64,000 nt of DNA, taken from contig CDMY01000350.1 in assembly GCA_001179505.1 (NCBI GenBank), positions 1 to 64,000 of the forward strand. Reading direction: 5' to 3'. The DNA comes from Vitrella brassicaformis CCMP3155 (taxonomy: Eukaryota; Protista; Chromerida). Shown one piece after another: positions 1-13,006 of the stretch. Under the pieces are notes generated by a model. That model saw only the letters and a list, made by a program, of their open reading frames with translations. It ran no database searches and had not been told where the DNA came from. The position numbers were made by a program, and so were the translations under genes. Position 1 is the first letter of the stretch, and each line of letters opens with the position of its first letter.

Positions 1-852
1 GAACAATGTGGTAGGAGGGCGTAGGGGAAAACACGTCATCCACTTGGTTGCCGTCTTGTTCGAATCCTCTTGCGACGATACGAGCCTTGTACTTGTCAGG
101 CTTAAGGGCAAATACCCATCTACATGAGATGATCTTGGTCGTTGCGGCGTTCACCGGCATGTACTCAAACACTCCCAGGTCTTCAATCGACTTCATCTCA
201 CGATCCATGGCTTCTTTCCATTGGTCTGCTGCTGCTGACTTGATGGCTTGGTTATAGGTCTTCGGTATGGTTGGCTGAAATAGCTGTGGAAGTGATGGGT
301 CACCTGCGGTCTTGTCGTCTTTCGATGGGTCTTCTGTCATCTCTCCATCTTCATTCACAAAGAGCAGGTCAGGATGATCGAAGAAGTGGTCTTTATAGAC
401 GCGTCCAGGGATGCGTCGCTCATCCGTTGTTCCATCATGAAGGGTGGTCAACACAGATCTCACTTCGGTGATGGCTGATAAGATCGTGTCTCCTCAGAAT
501 GCTTTCCTTGTCTTTCCTTGTCTTCTCCTCTCTCTCTCCGTTACACAGCAATCTACCCTAGCTCACAAGCTCGCAATGGTTCGTCTTGCCAAGCTGGCAA
601 TCCTGACACCCCCTCTCTTGACCATTGCCATCCTCTTCAATGATCGTCATGTCATCTTGGGCATCATTTGTCTCCTGATGCTGGTGTGGTTCGTTGTTGT
701 CGTCGTGTATGTCTTCGTTTGCTGGTAGGGGCTCACTCACAGATGTCTCGGGTCGTTGTGGGTAGATGAGATTGATTGCTGGTGGTGCTCGTGGCTTCTT
801 CTCTTGTCCAGGCAGTATCGCCTCGTCAAACACCACATCGCGTGACAGCACC
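1..852 (-). mobile_element. Second copia copy fragment(s), paralogous to 2297-3012, interrupted by an LTR-like segment
   Basis: 1-432 aligns to 2297-2728 with 7 substitutions. 609-852 aligns to about 2765-3012 with a few differences. The intervening 438-608 is unrelated to pol. Confidence 0.85.
438..608 (-). repeat. Candidate 171-bp LTR (TG...CA) preceded by a polypurine tract
   Basis: Minus strand reads AAGAGAGGGGG|TGTCAGGATT...CCACCCTTCA, i.e. a purine tract abutting a TG start and a CA end. No second LTR copy in the window to confirm it. Confidence 0.55.
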
Positions 853-1152
853 NNNNNNNNNNNNNNNNNNNNNNNNNNNNNNNNNNNNNNNNNNNNNNNN
901 NNNNNNNNNNNNNNNNNNNNNNNNNNNNNNNNNNNNNNNNNNNNNNNNNNNNNNNNNNNNNNNNNNNNNNNNNNNNNNNNNNNNNNNNNNNNNNNNNNNN
1001 NNNNNNNNNNNNNNNNNNNNNNNNNNNNNNNNNNNNNNNNNNNNNNNNNNNNNNNNNNNNNNNNNNNNNNNNNNNNNNNNNNNNNNNNNNNNNNNNNNNN
1101 NNNNNNNNNNNNNNNNNNNNNNNNNNNNNNNNNNNNNNNNNNNNNNNNNNNN

Positions 1153-3270
1153 AGCTGACGTATGTAGTGATAACGCACGTCAATGTGTTTCGTTCTGTGA
1201 CTGACTATCGGATTCTGTGCGCTCAGGATAGCTCCCCTATTATCAGCCATAAGATATGCACTCCCAAACCGAACACCAAAAAGAGGTATGCCACGCAAAA
1301 ATGACGCCAGATATACGAGGGCAGTGGCACATTCACTCATCTGTACGTATTCAGCCTCCGTTGACGAAAGCGTCACCAGTGGCTGAGTCTTCGCACTCCA
1401 ATACACAGGTCCACCACACACAAACACCACATGACCACCACTAGACTTGCGACCCACACAATCAGCCCAAGACGAGTCAGAGAAGGCAGTCAGATCAATC
1501 CGACCTTCCTTGCCTGGCTCAGCCTTGAACTCGATCCCCTTGTCTTTTGTCCCACTCAGATAGCGAAGAACCCTCTTTGTTGCCTGCCAATGCCCAAAAC
1601 CGGGCTCATGAGCATATCGTGCAAGCTCCTTGACCACATAGGCGATGTCCGGGCGGCACGTGACCGAGCAGAACATCAATGCGCCAACGAGTTGCCGATA
1701 GGGAACCTTCTTCATCTTCGTCTTCTCTTCGTCCGTCTTCGGTGACATCTCAGAGGTCAGTTGGATACCGGACGCACAAGGGAAATCCACTGGGTTCGCA
1801 TTCTCCATGCTGAATCTCTTGAGCATCTTGTCGATGTACTGTGGCTGTGTGATCTGCAGGGTCCTTTCTTGACGATCGCGGATGATCTTGAGGCCGAGAA
1901 AGATGTCAACCTCGCCCAGGTCCTTCGTCGCAAACACGCTCGACAGCTGCTGCTTGAACCAGGTGACCCCCTCTTGTTCGCTGACGATGAGAATGTCGTC
2001 GACGAACACCACAAGAAGGATGTTGTTGTCCTTATGCAGGTACACACAGGGCTCCTGAGGGTGGCGAACGAACCCTCTGTCGTATAGTTGGTTGTGGAGG
2101 GTGATGTTCCATGCGCGCGGGGCTTCCTTGAGGCCATACAATGCCTTCCGTAGACGAACAACATGGCCGGGCTTCTCATATCCAGGTGGGCACCGCATAA
2201 AGACAGGCTTGTCCAGCGGGGCGTTGAGAAATGCTGTGTTGATGTCCATCTGATGTATCTCCAGGTTAAGTTGATTCGCCAGGGCAAACGCTGATCGAAC
2301 AATGTGGTAGGAGGGCGTAGGGGAAAACACGTCATCCACTTGGTTGCCGTCTTGTTCGAATCCTCTTGCGACGATGCGAGCCTTGTACTTGTCAGGCTTG
2401 AGGGCAAATACCCATCTGCATGAGATGATCTTGGTCGTTGCGGCGTTCACCGGCACGTACTCAAACACTCCCAGGTCTTCAATCGACTTCATCTCACGAT
2501 CCATGGCTTCTTTCCATTGGTCTGCTGCTGCTGACTTGATGGCTTGGTTATAGGTCTTCGGTATGGTTGGCTGAAATAGCTGTGGAAGTGATGGGTCATC
2601 TGCGGTCTTGTCGTCTTCCGATGGGTCTTCTGTCATCTCGCCATCTTCATTCACAAAGAGCAGGTCAGGATGATCGAAGAAGTGGTCTTTATAGACGCGT
2701 CCAGGGATGCGTCGCTCATCCGTTGTTCTTGTCGTTCTTGTCTGTTGCTCATCAGTGTCTTCCTCCCCCTCTTGACCATTGCCATCCTCTTCAATGATCG
2801 TCATGTCATCTTGGGCATCATTTGTCTCCTGATGCTGGTGTGGTTCGTTGTTGTCGTCGTGTATGTCTTCGATTGCTGGTAGGGGCTCACTCACAGATGT
2901 CTCGGGTCGTTGTGGGTAGATGAGATCGATTGCTGGTGGTGCTCGTGGCTTCTTCTCTTGTCCAGGCAGTATCGCCTCGTCAAACACCACATCGCGTGAC
3001 AGCACCAATTGCCGTGTGTGCGGCAGGTACACCAGATAGCCGTCCTTAGTCGTTGGGTCATACGCAAGTAAGATGCCGATCCGCGTGCGAGGGTCCATTT
3101 TACTAACCGTCTCTTTCCTCTGGTTGATGTATGCCTTGCAGCCGAAGGTGCGGATGTGGCCGACATCGGGTGGATAGCCGATGAAGAGCTCATGTGGTGT
3201 CTTCATTCCCTCGTTGGCTGCGGTTGGCGTGCGGTTCTTAATGTACGTCGCTGTGGGCGTCGCATAACAC
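1153..3270 (-). mobile_element. Ty1/copia LTR retrotransposon pol fragment (integrase C-terminal part, reverse transcriptase, RNase H), 5'-truncated, no gag/protease visible
   Basis: Minus-strand ORF has copia hallmarks: YIKNRTPT..TPHELF, HIRTFGCKAY, RDVVFDE, PKTYNQA..WKEAMDREMKS, YKARIVARGFEQ, HQMDINTAFLN, LRKALYGLKEAPRAW, VFVDDIL, PYRQLVGALMF, AFSDSSWA, SSTEAEY, ADNRGAI, HRTKHIDVRYHYIR. The order is IN-RT-RH. Homology stops near 3270; the track's start at 3377 is host sequence. Confidence 0.95.
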
Positions 3271-3524
3271 GGCGTGTGTGCGTGTGATGATGGTGAAATG
3301 ACCTGTATGTACGATATGTCTGGTGGAACTCGCTCATGCAGACAGACAATCGACGAATTAGCAGCATACAGCCACACACAAATATATTTGTCCTATGTAC
3401 AGCCATCCATCCAACCATATCCATGGCCAGCCACATGAACACGCAAAACACATGCACACACACAGAGAGATAACGGCCCAAAAGCTACCCCTTAGCTCCA
3501 TCCAGCAATCAGACACACCATCTA

Positions 3525-4331
3525 TCACGCCTCCCCTTCCCGCTGCTCATCCCTCTGCACACCATTCTCCTCCCCACCAGCACCCACTCCACCATCCCCC
3601 CCACCACCCGGCACCATTGCCGCCTCCGACTGCTCTGGCGACGGCATGGCGTTGTAGCCGCTAAGTATGCTCGCCCCCCGCACAGACAGCACAATGGAGA
3701 AGCCGATGATCAGCACCAGAGCCACGATGGCGCCGACAAGGTTGATGGTCTTCTGCTGCTCGGTGAAGTGTCTGGACGGGTATTGGGCGACAATCACTGC
3801 AGTGAGGCCAAGGAGAAGGTACATGGGGATGGACGAGCGGACGCAGTCCCAGCAGAAGCCGCATTGCGGGCAGCAAAGGATGGCCGCCAAGATCTGCACA
3901 CACACATGCAATGATATGAATCGGGAGAATGAGCCTCGGGCAGGACGGCTTGTGCGTGTGTACGATGAGCGTCCAAGCCACCGTGGCGAACCACACAAAG
4001 GATCTGCGAACAGCATGGATGGATGGATGGATGCATCAACACATTACCGCGTGGAATGGGCGTGATGACAGGCGGCTTACATGATGAATGCTGGGACTTC
4101 CACGCTGTCGGCGGACGTATCGGTGTAGGAGAGGTCTCCTTGCATGAGTAAAGCAGCCGCCAGGGGCGTCAGCTGATAGAGCATCATCGTTGCCAGCATC
4201 AACAGGCCAAGCGTAAATACACATCCTGAGCTCCGCCCACCCTCTGGCCCTGCACCCACTGGTGCCTGAGTGAGCTCCCTGACGGAAGTGCATCTGGTGA
4301 AACGAACCGACTTTGGTCGACAAGATGCGAT
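3525..4331 (-). CDS. Hypothetical small multi-pass membrane protein (at least 2 exons)
   Basis: Hydrophobic segments VFTLGLLMLATMMLYQLTPLAAALL, MYLLLGLTAVIVAQY and INLVGAIVALVLIIGFSIVLSV, plus an acidic/Gly tail. GTAAG donor near 4079 and AG acceptor near 3895. The exon phase did not join cleanly by eye. Confidence 0.4.
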
Positions 4332-4521
4332 CATCTCATCAATCCATTCACTCATTCACAAAAGCGATGCGATGCAGTCAGTGAGTCTGACAAAAAAAGC
4401 AAGAGGGCCCTTCACCCACTCAGTCACGTCAGCCATTCAGATGCACTCAGTCCCCGTCCACTTCTCACACACTGCCCCACCGGCGTACGGCTACACGACG
4501 CCACTCGCCAACCAGCACTGC

Positions 4522-5650
4522 TCACCCCACCACCGTCCCCCTGTCGATGACGTCGGTCTCCAACTCGAATCGCCGCAGCAGACGGCGCCACAGAGGCTCC
4601 GAAATGGGGAAGCGGATAGTGAGTGGTGCAGGCGCATCAGCAGCAGAAGCCTCGGTCGTCCGCAGGAGGATGCCGTTAAACCCCACCACCAGATGGGCAG
4701 CGATGGTCTCCTTTTCGCGGCAGCCACTCACAATGACATCACGATAGTCCGTCACGTCACCACCATCCATATTGCCCCAGTCATAGCGCCAGTCGACATC
4801 GATGCCCAGATCCTCTGTGATGGCATCGGTGCTCAGCAGACGGCCGTAGTGAGGGTCGTCACGGCCGATGGGTGCAAAGAGCACCCTTTTGTGATCCACG
4901 CCCTCTCCATCCGACCAGCAGACGAGCATCGTCTGCAGCAGGAATGCCGAAAAGGAGGGGTAGAAGATCGCCCTGTCGGATGACAGGGTTGGTCCGCTTG
5001 TAGCCCTCAGCATATCGATGGCCGCCCGGCAGCTCACCCAACGACACCACACGAAATGTCACACCGCCAATCCGATAGGCCCCGCTGTCGTTGGCTTGCT
5101 GCAGCGCCAATCTGGTCCCTCCGCATGTCAGCTGCTGGCCGATGATGGCGTAGAGGGCCATGGCGAGTGGCAGCTGGTGGAAGGCCGTTGCTGTGGGGAG
5201 CGAGTCAGCCGACAGACAGAGAGGCCGCGTCGCATTGGCAGGGGTCAGCCGGTAGATGAATGCCATCCGAAGGAACCGCCCCATCGCCCGCCACTCCTCG
5301 CCACTGCCCCGCTCCAGCACATAGACCACCTTCAAGCCGGCCTCCACATCACCGCCAATGTCGAAGGCCAACACGTCCGCCACGCCGAGACGGCTGAGGG
5401 CCTTGTTGATGTGCTGCTGGACAGCGTTGAGCAGGGTGCTGTTGACGGTCTCCACAGTGTGGCCCAGCAGCTCCTGTTGCCGAGTGCGGGTGGCGATCTG
5501 CGAGCGGAGAGCGGCTCGTTTGGCATCGTCAGTCGCCATGGCCATGGCGGCCATCTTGCTGATGGGCAATGACAGGTCAAAGAGGTCGGCGGGCTGGAAG
5601 AGGGCAGGGCTGGGGGGACGGGACGAGGGCGCTGTGCCAGTGGGCTGCAT
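4522..5650 (-). pseudogene. Intronless family member, class A (BC-box-like N-terminus), frameshifted near 4960-4985
   Basis: ORF 4859-5650 matches 31417-32547 up to TNPVIR. The remainder (FYPSFSAFLL...DVIDRGTVVG) is in the other frame, ORF 4522-5052. Confidence 0.85.
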
Positions 5651-5707
5651 CGTGACTGTCTTGAGGCCTCAACGAAGTGTGACAGGAGAGAGAAGGACGC
5701 ACCGGCA

Positions 5708-5765
5708 AACCAACGCGAGCTGGCGAATGAGCTTGCAACCAACGCGAGCTGGCGAATGAGCTTGC
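5708..5765. repeat. Perfect 29-bp tandem duplication in a bidirectional promoter
   Basis: AACCAACGCGAGCTGGCGAATGAGCTTGC occurs twice back to back (5708-5736, 5737-5765). Confidence 0.95.
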
Positions 5766-5810
5766 ATCTTTTCTCTCGGAGATCCGGTCTGTTAGGCGCA
5801 TCATCGCATC

Positions 5811-8586
5811 ATGGCCTCCGCCAGTGTGCATTCGAGCAAGCGATCTCCCAGCACCGCCGGCAGCGACAGTCCCAAGAGCACCGCAGCTCATCCCGTAGAC
5901 GAGGACCCGCTGTACAAGGACGCATCTGGCGCATTCGACCTCTACTACAGCGGTATCTATGCCATCAGCAGCCGATATATCTGGCTGCTGATCGGTGCAC
6001 TGTTGTTGCCTGTGTCTGTGTGCAGGGAAGCACGCCGAGTGCGAGTCGCTGCTGCGGCGCATCCAGCAGGCGCAGGGCACGGCAGCGGAGCTCGTCTATC
6101 GGCTCAAGGTCTCGCACAACCTGGAGCTCAACAAGTACCTGCAGGGTATGGAACCCCACACACCTCGCCACGCATCCACCCATCCGTACATCTGATCTGT
6201 CATTCGTTTGTGTGCAGGTGGGTGCTGTGATCCGGATGGCTTGTTGAGGACGTTGACGCAGCTGCATGAGCAGGGCCGGGTGGCCAAGCGGCACCGGGAC
6301 GAGGCGGCCGCTGCTGACCATGACGATGTCGGTGCTGAACAGGTACGTCCGTGTGTGTGTGTGTGTCTGTGTGCGTGATCCGCCGTTGTGGCTGTGTTTG
6401 TGTGTGTTTGGATCGGTGGGTCAGGTGGACGAGGACCTCTCCGTGTTGGCGTACAACCGGGCGGTGCTGTCATACCAGCTGCGCAACTACGAGCAGGTAC
6501 AGATGGATTCGTGTGGGTGGGTGTGCTGCAGAGCCATCCATGCGCCCATATGTGTGTGTGCAGGCTCGGTCGATCCTGGAGGATCTGTTCAAGCGCATCG
6601 AGCCCGTAGACGACTTCCTGGCCGTCAAGATCTGCCTACTCCTCATGGTCCATCCATCCATCCATCGGCCCACACACACACATACACAGACACAGACACA
6701 GACACAGACACACGCCTCTGTACCTTTGTGTGAATGTGTGCAGGAGCTGTATTTGACGATTCGTGAGCCTGAGAGGGCAGCGGACGTGCTGGCGTACTTC
6801 GAGAAACCCCAGGCATTCCCCACCCTGTGGAAAACGCCTGAAAGTACGGATGGATGGATGGATGAGTGCGGCCATGCAGGCAGGCAGGCAGGCAGGCACT
6901 GATGGACACCATGTGTGTGTGATGGCTGTGCTGTGGGCAGACAAGGATGCCAACGGGCTGCCTCCGTCGACTTCTCCCGACCAACCTGCACCAGACGCAC
7001 ACGCCGGTAGATACATACCAGCACACACACATATACACACACACACACACATGTACCTCTGCAAAGGGGCGTACATATCATTGCTGTGTGGGCAGATGCC
7101 GCGCCGGAGCATGCGCAGGCGGCGAAGGACGACCAGCAGCAGCAGCAATCGCAGCAGCAACAGCAGCAGCAACAGCAGCAGCAGCCATCACAGCAGCAAG
7201 GCGAAGAGTCGGCTGAGGGGCAGCAGGTGGGTGCGTCTGCAAGCGCCATCATGTGTCCCTCTCTCGCCATGCCCATCTTGTCTATGTATGTGTTCATTCA
7301 TATAGGGAGCGGAGAGGCAGCTGCTGCCGGCGCTGGTGCTGGGCTCCTATCTGCCTTAGTAAGCGCCGGACGCCCAACATGTGTATCCACAAATACGTGC
7401 CTGCGTGTGTGTACGTGTCTGCCTGCTTTTTGCAGCCACGGCCGCTCGCCAGAGACCATATCAGCGTCGGAATTTAAGGTAAGCAAGTCCATGCAGTCGC
7501 CCACAAAGCGTGCAGTGAACGGTGCTTGTGTGTGCGCAGTTCTTCACGCAGCTGTACCGTGCCAAGATCGCCGTCATGCAGAGGAACCTCAAGGGCGCCA
7601 AGAAGGTGCGTTAGTGTGTGGTAGTGTCGTGTGGAGCGTGTGTGTGCACACCAAAGTCAAAAGAAAGGGTCAATTGACGTGCGTGTGTGATGCACATCAC
7701 ACGTGTTGGCTTCGTGTGTGTCCGTGGACCAACAGGAGCTCAAGACGGTGCTCGAGACGTTCCAGCACCAGCTGCGGTCCGCACCCATCCTGACGGCATC
7801 GCCACACACAATCGGTCAACACACACACTCACCACACACAAAAACACACACACACACATCGGCCGACACACACAAGCGCATCCATCCATCCATCCGTGTG
7901 TGTGTGTGCTGTGTGTGTGCAGCCACGGACGCCTCGCAGCCGTCATCGGGCGGCTCTCCAGGGCCATCTGGTACGTCCCTCTCTGTGCATCTTGGAACCC
8001 TCCACGAGTGACTCTGTCTGTGTGTGTGTAACCAGAGAAGAGCGGTCTGCAGCGCTTCACGCGGTGGATTGGCCTGGGGGGCGGCAGTGCAGGTCAGCAC
8101 ACATACCCATACCGTTGTCTAGACGTACAGGGGTGTGTGTGTGTGTGTGTTCAGGGAAGGACACTTCGTCCCTGCCAGCGAGCGGCAGCAACCTCGGCGA
8201 GACGGCCCTGCAGAACGCCGTGCTGAACCAACACAACTCTATGGCGCTGATGCTCAAGGCAAACCTTGTCGGTGCACCCCACACACATACCACAGACCAC
8301 AGACGAGCGTGTCTTGATGTGTGTGTGTGCAGGAGTATTTCCGTCTCAACTTCCGCAAGAGCACCAAGCTGCTGACCTGCTGGTACGTTGTGTGAGGGAG
8401 GGAGGGAGGGAGGGAGGCACACAGATCAGACCCCTCTGCAGAATCTGCCGCACCTGTGTGTGTGTTGTGTGTGCCATGCAGCCAATTCAACTTCGCCGCG
8501 GCATCGTCGACTCCACTCAACTACAAGTAAGAAACACAAACCCATCAAAGGACGTGTGTGTGCTGTGTGCACCCTAATGGGCGGCC

Positions 8587-8621
<35 letters not shown>

Positions 8622-9614
8622 TGTGCTATAGGTACACGTATGACGACATCGACGACGAGGGCCATCCCCACAGCCACCCGCACCAGCAGCCACACGAGCC
8701 ACGGGGGCGGGGCGACCATGGCGGCGTCTCACACCAACAACCTGACCTTAGGTAAACACACACACACACACACACAGAGGGAGAAAGAGAGGTGTTTCTG
8801 TGTGTCTGTGTGTGTGTGTGTGTGTGTGCAGTTCTGATTTCCACCCTGCTATGGACCCGGCGTGTGCGACCGTCTTCTACAATAACGTCCGTGTGTCCGT
8901 GTTACACTAAGGCGTCTGTGTGTGTGGTGTCAAAGCACCAACCGGTCTGTGTGTGTGTGTCTTTGTCTGTGCCTGCCCTTTGCAGCTGGGGTGCATCCAC
9001 TTCCTGATGCGCAAGCCGCACCTGGCCTGCTTCTATTTCAACAAGGCCATGCAGGCCAACGTGAGGGCGCGGAACGAACTGCCAGCCATGCTGCACACAG
9101 GCGTCGGTACGCAGCCACCCCCTTTCCCCCCCTCCCTCCACACACACACGTGTGTCTCTCTCTATGTGGTGTTATGTGCAGGCAAGCCGCTTCCCGGCGT
9201 CGTGGCGTCGAGATATGTGCTCGACCGGGGCTCGGAGGTGCGTATGCGTGTGTGTGTGTGTGTGTAGGTCGTCGGCAGACACACACGGACGGATCTGTAC
9301 GTGTCTGTCTGCCTGTCTGTGTGTCTGCTTGTACGCAGGTGTCGCTCAACGCGGGTCTGCAGCTGCTGCTGACAGGGTCGCCGCTGGAGGCACTCATCGC
9401 ACTGCAGGCAGCCAGCGAGATCTTCCCAAACAACGCTAAGGTGCCTGCCCACAAATCGACCACTCACACGCATCCATTCATCAATCCATCCGCTGTGCGT
9501 ATGTGTGAGAGTGCAGGTGTGGCTGCGTATGGGTGAGTGCTGCGTGGCGCTCTACCTCCAGTGGGCACGCAAGCAGCGAGACCCCGCCATCGCACCCATG
9601 CCAGTACATACACA

Positions 9615-9652
<38 letters not shown>

Positions 9653-12244
9653 ATGAGAATATACACACCCGTCAATGTGTGTGATTGTGTGGATGTGTGT
9701 GTGCTCAGAGCCTCTGTGGCACCCGGGCGGTGTCCTTCCTGCAGCCGGCCGAGAACGACGACCAGCAGCTGGCCACTGACGTCATACGTACGCCCATACA
9801 AGTGGAGGTATCCACCCTGAGTGTGTGCACGCCTGTGTGTGTGTCATTATTCAGGGTCCCCTGTGTTCTATCGGCGTCTGCTGCTCTCCGTGCAGAAGTA
9901 CCCTGCTGCTCGTAAGTGCTTTCACACGTCCATCCATCCATCCATCCACACGTGTGTGTGTGTGCGTGTGTGTCAGCGAGCATGCTGGCCGGCACTCTGG
10001 CGAAACGAGGCAAGCGCCGCACACACACACACACACGCACACACGCACACACATGCATCTCACCGTGTGTGTGTCCCTGACTGGCTCACAGCGGCCGACT
10101 CGCCCAGCCCGACAACGGAGGACAGCTCTGCCGACACAGATGCAGCCACGTACGCAGACACACACACACGTCGCACAGCATGCCAATCCACCTCTGTGTT
10201 GGGTCGGCCGATTCAGAGAGGAGGCTTCCGGCCGGCAGCTGGCGCAGATTCTCGCCAATGACGGCAGCAAAGGTGACTGAGACGGTGACAGACAGACACC
10301 ACCTGGTGGTGCGTGTGGTGAATGGATGGATGGATGGATGGGTGCAGCATTGCGTTACGCCGAGACGTGTTTCCGGACGGCCCTGCTGCTCGTGCAGCCG
10401 CACAAGGACAAACACGCCACTGGGTGAGTGGGTGCGCCGCCGCACAAGAACGCTCTGCCTATCTGTCTGTCCGTCTGTGTGGTGTGTCTGTCTGTGCAGT
10501 GAGTCTGCGTGGCTGGAGGACGCGTGTGACGTCAAGCTGGCCTACGTCTGTCTCGGAAGGTCTGTAGTGGGTGGGTCAAGTATACTCACCAATACATTGA
10601 GAAGGGCCCCACACACCTGTGTGTGTGTTTGAGCACTGTGTGCAGGCGAGATTGGCGTGGGGCGTTGTGGTGGGCGAGCAAGCTGCTGGCACGGGTCAGT
10701 GGCGATAAGGGCCGCATACACACACACATACGCAGAGACAGAAACACGTGTGTGTGTCCATGTGGGTGTGTGTGTGTGTGCAGAACGGAGTGCCTGTTCG
10801 TTGTGCGGGCGCTTCACTGCGGCCTGAAGGCAAGCATTTTTCGCACAGCACACGTGTGCGCGGGAGTGGAGCATCTTGTGTCTGTCTGTCTGTGTATTTC
10901 TGTGTGCAGATTCTGCTCCACCGACAATCGCATCGAGTGTGGCATGGTACGTGGGCCACACGGGCTCATGCACTCGTGTGTGTGTGGAGGGATGGATGGA
11001 TGGATGGCCCGATGGGCTGATGTGTGCAGCCTGTATCTGTGTCGGCTGTACGCCGCCGAGGCCCTGTGCCATCTCAACAACGTCGCAGAGGCCGTCAACG
11101 TCCTCAAACCACTGCAGGCACCGCCTCACGCCCATCCACACACGCCCACACAGAGAGAGCACGTGTGAATGGACCTCTTTGGTTGGTGCGTGTGTGCGTG
11201 TGTGCAGGATGGTGGGCTGCAGGCGGCCGTCCGCGGCCAGAGCGCCCAGTGGGAAGCCAGCTCCGCACAGGAAGGTACCCACTCTCTCTCTCTCTCTCTC
11301 TGTATGCGCACGGCACACACGGGCGGATGTTTGTGTGTGCAGGGAAGGAGAAGCCTCTGGGTCTGTCCCTCGGCGGCTCGGCGCCGGCAGACGACACTCT
11401 CGAGATGACCGCACCGGCACACGCAAAGGTCCGTCGTTTCCCGTGCACACCGATGCATCCCCGCGGGAATGTGTGGACGTCTGTGTGTGTGTGTGTGTGT
11501 TGGGGGTGTAGAGTCTGTTGGTGGCGTCGTTCCCCCCTGCGACGAGCTGCATGTCGCTCAAGGAGGCCCAGGCCACACTCAACACAGACCTCTGCCATCT
11601 CGCATGCAGACAGGTGTCTACACACCTGATTGTGCATCTGTGTGTATACCTGTGTATGCGTGTGTGTGTGTGTGTGTGTGGTCAGTTTGAGCACCCGCCC
11701 GAGCACACCAAGACGGACAAGGACAGACACACCAGACGATTCGCATCGCAGAACGAGCTCATGGCCGGTGCGTACACACACACACACACACGCGGCCGTG
11801 TGCGTGTGGCCATCTGTGTACTTATGTCTCGTGCGTGTCGCACTTGCCACTGACAGGCCACAATGCGCAGCTGGTGGAGGCCGCAAAGGGGCTCATTCGG
11901 GTGGGTTTGTGTGTGAGTGTACACAAAGCCCTCATGAGTGTGTGTATCGTTAAAGTGTGTCTGTGTCTGTCTGTGTTTCCATCCATCCATCCGTAGGATG
12001 CCGTGTCGGCGTACCCCACGGCAGCGGCGCCTCTGCGGACGCTCGTCTACCTGCTGCTCATACAGGGGAAGAGGTACCTTCTTCAACACTTCCACCCACA
12101 CTCACTGTCTGATATGGAGGCTCACGTGTGTGTGTGTGCCGACCCCAACACAGGGAAGAGGCCCTGCAGTTGCTGCAGAAGAGGCGGGCGGACGAGGCCT
12201 TCCTCTCTGCGGTGCTGGGGCCGGCGCGGCCGATGCATCCATGA
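5811..12244 (+). CDS. CNOT10: CCR4-NOT complex subunit 10 (TPR-rich), many exons
   Basis: Joined exons give YNRAVLSYQLRNYEQARSILEDLFKRIEPVDDFLAVKICLLL, LYRAKIAVMQRNLK, ALMLKANLEYFRLNFRKSTKLL, FYNNLGCIHFLMRKPHLACFYFNKA, NAGLQLLLTGSPLEA, VWLRMGECCV, KLAYVCL, YAAEALCHLNNVAEAV and LVYLLLIQGK. These follow the CNOT10 motif order. Stop TGA at 12242-12244. Confidence 0.9.
7133..7198 (+). repeat. Poly-glutamine tract (CAG/CAA) within CNOT10
   Basis: Encodes QQQQQSQQQQQQQQQQQPSQQQ. Confidence 0.85.
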
Positions 12245-13006
12245 CACACAAAGACACACATACACACGCTCGCTGCCTGTCTTCCTGTCATTCACACATT
12301 TTTGCCCTAGCAAAATTCTCGACGTACATTCATGTGTACAGCCATGACCAGACAGAGAGACAGACAGATAGATTCATGTGTGTGTGCTGATGCACACGCA
12401 GAGCGGACAGACAGCCAGACAGACAGGCAGACAGACGTGTGTGTGCGTGTGCGTGGCTTGGCTGTATTTGTATCTCTCCCTCCGTGTGTGTATGTATGGC
12501 TGTGTGTGACTGACTGACTGACTGACTGAGTGAGTGAGTGAGTGAGTGTGCAGCGCGGTGCTTAGAGAGAGAGGGGTGGCCTGGGGGGACAGGACAGTTA
12601 GCCGCCGTAGCCGTAGCCTTTCTCTCACCGATACATACATACATACATACACTGTGATTTAAGCCCATACACATACACACACGTGTCACCGTCACACCAC
12701 ACCCAGCCACCCATGGTGCACCCACACCCCGCCACTCCCTCAGACAGATCAGACCCTCTTTCTGTTTGCATGATCGACATTGTATGGTATGTATGCGTAC
12801 GGATATTTGTCACTCGTTGATTGAAGACCATGATGCAGTCAGTGGCCGAACTGTGACGATCCTCAAACATACAGCATCGGCCAGAGAGGGTTTCCTGGCG
12901 GACGGCGACATGGCCCCCACTTAGCCCCCAGTCTCCGACTCTGTTGTTTGCACCCCTCCCCCGGCAAACCAAATTCTCCTTTGCCCGTGGCCCGCATCAA
13001 GTCACC

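Noticed and set aside
1-432. RIP-like CpA-to-TpA hypermutation (three TG-to-TA differences between copia copies, plus two TGG-to-TAG stops elsewhere)
   Set aside because: The three changes are all synonymous third-position transitions, which selection explains better. The numbers are too small to claim a mutational process.
558-3377. 939-aa copia ORF as a single protein with a duplicated integrase tail
   Set aside because: It reads through a fixed-length 300-N gap. The part after the gap belongs to another copy, and the first ~35 codons are host sequence.
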